A stretch of DNA of 52,514 nucleotides from assembly GCF_006345805.1 (NCBI RefSeq), contig NW_021833946.1:1-52514 (forward strand), read 5' to 3'. A model generated the notes under the pieces. The model saw nothing but the letters and a program-made list of their open reading frames with translations, made no database searches and had not been told where the DNA came from. The DNA is from Octopus sinensis. Its lineage: Eukaryota. This document shows, in pieces, positions 48,079-52,514 of this stretch. Position 1 is the first letter of the stretch; each line of letters opens with the position of its first letter. A program made the translations under genes and the position numbers.

Positions 48079-48925
48079 CTCATCTTCTCCTCCCGTCTTC
48101 CCACCACTGCCTCTAAGCTCATTGCCTGCACCCCTCGCACCCCTACAATTTACTTCCTCCCCCAAATCCACTAACCTAACAACCCTGGCCGCCCCATCAT
48201 CTCCACCTGCAACTGCCCCACCGAACTCATCTCCAGTTCCAATCTTCTCTCTTCGCTCCTTTGCTCCACATGGGCTCAACTCGCCTCCCCTCTTCATCTA
48301 ACTTCCTCCCCTCTCCCTCTCTCACCTACTTCCTCCCACCCACCTCTCCTCTCTTGCTCCGACTCCTACTTCTCTTCACTCCTACTCTCCTCTCTTATTT
48401 TCACTCCTACCCACCTTCTCGCTCACCCCTCTCCCTTCATCGTTACTCCTCCCTCGTAAACCAACCCACCTCATCCCTTACACCCACTTCCACATTCCCC
48501 CAGCCACAGCCTAACCCACACTCCACCCTTGCTTTCCCCACATCCCAACATCACCCCACACAACACCACACCATCACGCACACACTAACACTGACCACTT
48601 CCCAGCCCCACATCCACACACGTCAAGGTCACCAGCCCTCTTCCACACGCACATACATGCTTTCATATACACACGCTCGCGCACCTTCGTTTTGTGATCA
48701 CCACTACTTTATTATCTACCCTTCTTCCTAGCCCTCTTGTGTGACTCCTCTGTCCGGCATTCGCCATGATAGATCGCTAGCCATTACACATTCTTTATTT
48801 TCTCTCCTTATTTCTTTCTGTGGCAGAGCGGGCGTTACTTCCCGGGCGTTACGCTAATATATCTGTGTTGATTATACCACCTGTCTTCGTCTTTTTCTTT
48901 TTGTAATTCTCCTCTTCTATCTATC
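48079..48925 (+). mobile_element. Internally deleted Penelope-like element of a different family, plus C-rich 3' region
   Basis: LIFSSRLPTTASKLIACTPRTPTIYFLPQIH*PNNPGRPIISTCNCPTELISS (RT region 1) is joined within ~5 bp to IFSLRSFAPHGLN..* (PLE C-terminal motif). Ends in a pLTR-like tail. Confidence 0.8.
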
Positions 48926-49005
48926 TATCTATTTATCTATCCTATACTATGCATACTATACATACATTATACATACATACATACAACATACATAAACATT
49001 AATAC

Positions 49006-49080
<75 letters not shown>

Positions 49081-49084
49081 TATA

Positions 49085-49376
49085 AAATAAAATATTAGGG
49101 AATAAATCCAAACTTACAGGGAAAAATCAGATTTAGGATTAAATCCATTTTATAGTATAAATATATTATATATATTAAATTAGAGATAAAACCACTATTA
49201 GGCAAATCAAACAATGAAAAAATAAGCCAATACATAAAATTAATTAATATATATTATTTTAAATATATATCAAAAGTATTAAAAGTTTAATAAAAGATAA
49301 AGAGTAAAACAGTACGATCGTTTCATGGCTGTACAATTCGTAATAATTCGAGTTATGGTTACAGTCAATCTTAAGG

Positions 49377-49380
<4 letters not shown>
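49085..49380 (-). mobile_element. pLTR-like repeat between (TA)n tracts with a hammerhead relic
   Basis: Minus strand CUUAAGA..long helix..GAAACGAUCGUA (palindromic ACGAUCGU plus GUA). Helix I does not pair. Confidence 0.4.
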
Positions 49381-49452
<72 letters not shown>

Positions 49453-49919
49453 GAAATGAAGAAAATGCTTACAAAATAATTTAAGTAAGGGAGAGTGTAT
49501 TTAATTAGGTGAAAGTTCTTTTTTAAAAAAAAAAAAAGAGAAAAATTGGGTTAGAATACATGTTCATTTTTTGTGAATGATTTCAGTGTATAAGAAAAAA
49601 AGTAGAGTTTTACAGTGTTCTGTTTCAGAATAAGATATTTAGTAAAAGAGTGTAATACAGTTTTTTGTGGAAAAAGTTCAATGTCAGATTTCAGTGTAGA
49701 ATAAAAAAATGTAAGAGTTTACGGTTGCGCATTTGTTATGTTATTATCAAAAGATATTTTGAGTGAGATAGAGTTCCTTTCTGATTGATTTTTTTCTCTT
49801 ATCGACTTTATGTTGGGTTTGCTGTCTCGTATATGTGAAAAAGAGGCTCCAGAGTTGTTAAGATTTGCTTGGTTTCGCGCCTAAAATTTCTTGTGGACAA
49901 TGGTCAATACAATTTTGAT

Positions 49920-51820
49920 TGGTCAAATGAAAGATCTATCACCATTAAAGAGGCCGATAAAGGAAGTGCAGTAGTCTTAATGGAGAACAGGATACTATAT
50001 CAACTTAGCACTCTCCACCTGGAAAATGGAACATATTACGAAAAGGCTGAACACTACAATCAACAGAAAATATTGAGAAACTTAAAAACCCTGATCAACC
50101 CCAACAAAGAAGAACTCACTAACAAAGAATTCAACTTCATCACAAATTTCACTAGTAAAACCAGCCTCTTCTACGGTATTCCCAAAATTCATAAAAGCGA
50201 ATTAATAAGTAAGGCATGCAAGGAGAAAGCCAAAAACTCTGTAATCAATGTCCCCTCACCAAATGACCTCAAATTGAGACCTATATAATAGCAGGTCCCG
50301 CTTGCGAAACCCACCGCCTCTAGCAACTTCATTGATACCCTTCTCAAGCCCTTCTCAAACACATAAAAGCTACATAAGGGACGATCTAGATATGCTTTCA
50401 ACACCTCCCCAATACACTTCTTGCTGAACAAACCCTGCTAGTAATATTCGATGTAGTTAATCTTTACTCTACATCCCCCACAACCTAGGAATAGAAGCTA
50501 TCCAATTCTGGTTGGATAATTACTCCAACGAACTCCCACACCGCATCAAAAAGGAATTTATTTAGAAGGACTCAATTCATCATCTTAGAGAATAATTTCT
50601 TCACCTTCAACAACAAATTCTACAACAGAAATCAGGGACGGCAATGGGAACGAAAACAGCTCCCACTTACGCCAACCTAGTCATGGGATACCTGGAAATC
50701 ATCCTCTATAATACGTTCTTAACCAATTTTGGCACACTTCTCCACACCATAGAGAAGAACTGGAAAGAGATATCTTGATGACTGTTTCATCCTTTGGCCC
50801 GAAACCATCGAGAAGCTTAAAGAATTTCACACCCTTATAAATGGGCTCAACACAAACATTATTTTCACAATGGAATACAGCCCTCAACAACATTCCTTCC
50901 TCGATATCTCATTAAAATTCACAACAAAAAAATAGAAAACAGACTATACTACAACCAAGCCCACAGACTACCAAGCAATACCTCCCTTTCAATTCATGCC
51001 ACCTAGACACGTAAAAATTAACATCCCTACAACTTAGCAAAGAGAATTTGCACTATAGTCTCCAATAAGAACACCCGTCTCTTACGTCTACAAGAACTTA
51101 AGGACAATTAACAAGCAGGATTACCCACGTCACTAATTGACAATGGGATCCAACGCGCCCTAAAAACAGCACACAGGAACTTAGACGCCTAAACCTGTTA
51201 CATCGAAACCACATACTCTACCATAACATCTCTTACACACAACCCCCTCAACAATGAAGCTTTGACACCATCCTCCAGAACATTCCTGTATTAAAAAGGA
51301 CCATAGAATGAACCAAATCCTCCTAACACACGAAATCATAAAGAGCAAACAGGCAAACCCAAATCATTGAAAATCAATCCTAACAAATGCCAAAGTACTG
51401 CCAAACACACAACACTAAATCCACAGTAAACAAATGCAATAGACCCAACTGTGGTATATGCATCAACCTAATAGAAGGTCCGGAATTCCTTTTTAAACAA
51501 GGACAACGTTTCACAGTAAAACACAATTCACATGCGCATCAGAAAACCTAATATATATCTTAACTTGCTCGGGCTGTAAGAAAACACTACATAGGCCAAA
51601 CTAAAAATAGCCTCCGCCAACGACATGACTGTCCACAGATCCCAAATAAAAATACAGGAATACAGAAAATAGCACTTAGTGCACATATTGATACCTGTGC
51701 CGCCACAACTTCATCCCAATTTCTAGAATCTTTCCCTCTACAAATTTAAAGACAATGCCACTCATACCCAACGAATAACATGGAACCCCACCTTATAATA
51801 AATACAGACCACTTCTAAAA
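49920..51820 (+). pseudogene. Penelope-like RT plus GIY-YIG pseudogene (many indels)
   Basis: ITIKEADKGSAVVLM..FYGIPKIHKS..LRPI/IAGPACETHRLS..FDVVNL..GTAMGTKTAPTYANLVMGYLE..RYLDDCFILW..SCHP..CNRPNCGIC..CASENLIY. Confidence 0.92.
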
Positions 51821-52259
51821 ACACATCCCCCTAACACGAACCCACAACAACACACTTTACACCTGCACACCACCTACACACACTTTTACCCAGATATTAA
51901 CACCATGACACACGCAAATATATGGTTCCACACATACACATAATTTGATACGGGTGCAAAACATCCAACACTATTTTTTGAAAATGACTTTAAATATTGA
52001 CTTCACACAAACACGTTGCTTCCCGATACAGACACAAGGCCAGCAGAACTATAAATATTGAAAATTGTACCCACACACGCACACATATATACACGCGCGC
52101 GCGCCCCAACATACATATAAACACACACGCGCGCGCGCGCGCACACATACATTTATATAGCTCTTCCTGTCCTAAACGAACTTACTTTTCCAGCTCAAAT
52201 TCAGTCAAGCGGAAAATACACTCCTTAACTACGCGCTAAAAAGCTATTCAAAATATCCA

Positions 52260-52514
52260 CATGACGTCTACTGAACCAGCCCTGAACAATAAGAATTTTC
52301 AACAACGATATTTTCGAAAACTCCATACACACCCACAGCAACATTCATTCTAAACATTCAACGTGACCTCTCTATTATGACCACATTCACGTGACCTCTT
52401 TATTATGACCAATAAGAAAGAATTTTAGGCGCGATACCAGCCAAATTTAACATCTCTGGAGCCTATTTCTTACCCCAACACCAACCTCCATTCAAACATT
52501 CATGTGACCCTCTT
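52260..52514 (+). mobile_element. Probable start (pre-RT region) of a further tandem PLE copy, running off the window end
   Basis: aattttaggcgcgataccagccaaatttaacatctctggagcct is similar to the reverse complement of 49835-49890. It follows the 3' region of the preceding PLE. Confidence 0.45.

Overview
Extremely microsatellite-rich, AT-rich animal DNA. The repeat families look like those of octopus (inference from SINE sequences and repeat content; no search run). No host protein-coding gene can be supported, and nearly all ORF-track entries are translations of simple repeats. The window is a transposon graveyard containing: (i) many tRNA-derived SINEs of three families; (ii) mariner elements, namely one full-length 1287-bp DD34D copy with four stops, one internal-deletion derivative, one ~200-bp MITE and two N-terminal fragments; (iii) non-LTR retrotransposons, namely two R4/Dong-like RT-RLE 3' ends, each sitting tail-to-tail in the (ATT)n tail of a SINE, plus Hero-like, RTE-like and two L1/Tx1-like fragments; (iv) at least four Penelope-like element (PLE) remnants with inverted or tandem pLTR-type structure; (v) Helitron/HINE-like elements; and (vi) several long fold-back palindromes, mostly next to (TA)n. 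The most striking signal is a set of type-I hammerhead-ribozyme-like motifs in PLE/pLTR-type repeats. Their core positions 3 and 8, which form a tertiary Watson-Crick pair in active hammerheads, show all four pairings: G3-C8 (5.8 kb), U3-A8 (9.3, 24.1 and 25.6 kb), A3-U8 (15.2 kb) and canonical C3-G8 (23.7 and 35.9 kb). All motifs were folded by eye. Cleavage activity is untested and repeat boundaries are approximate.
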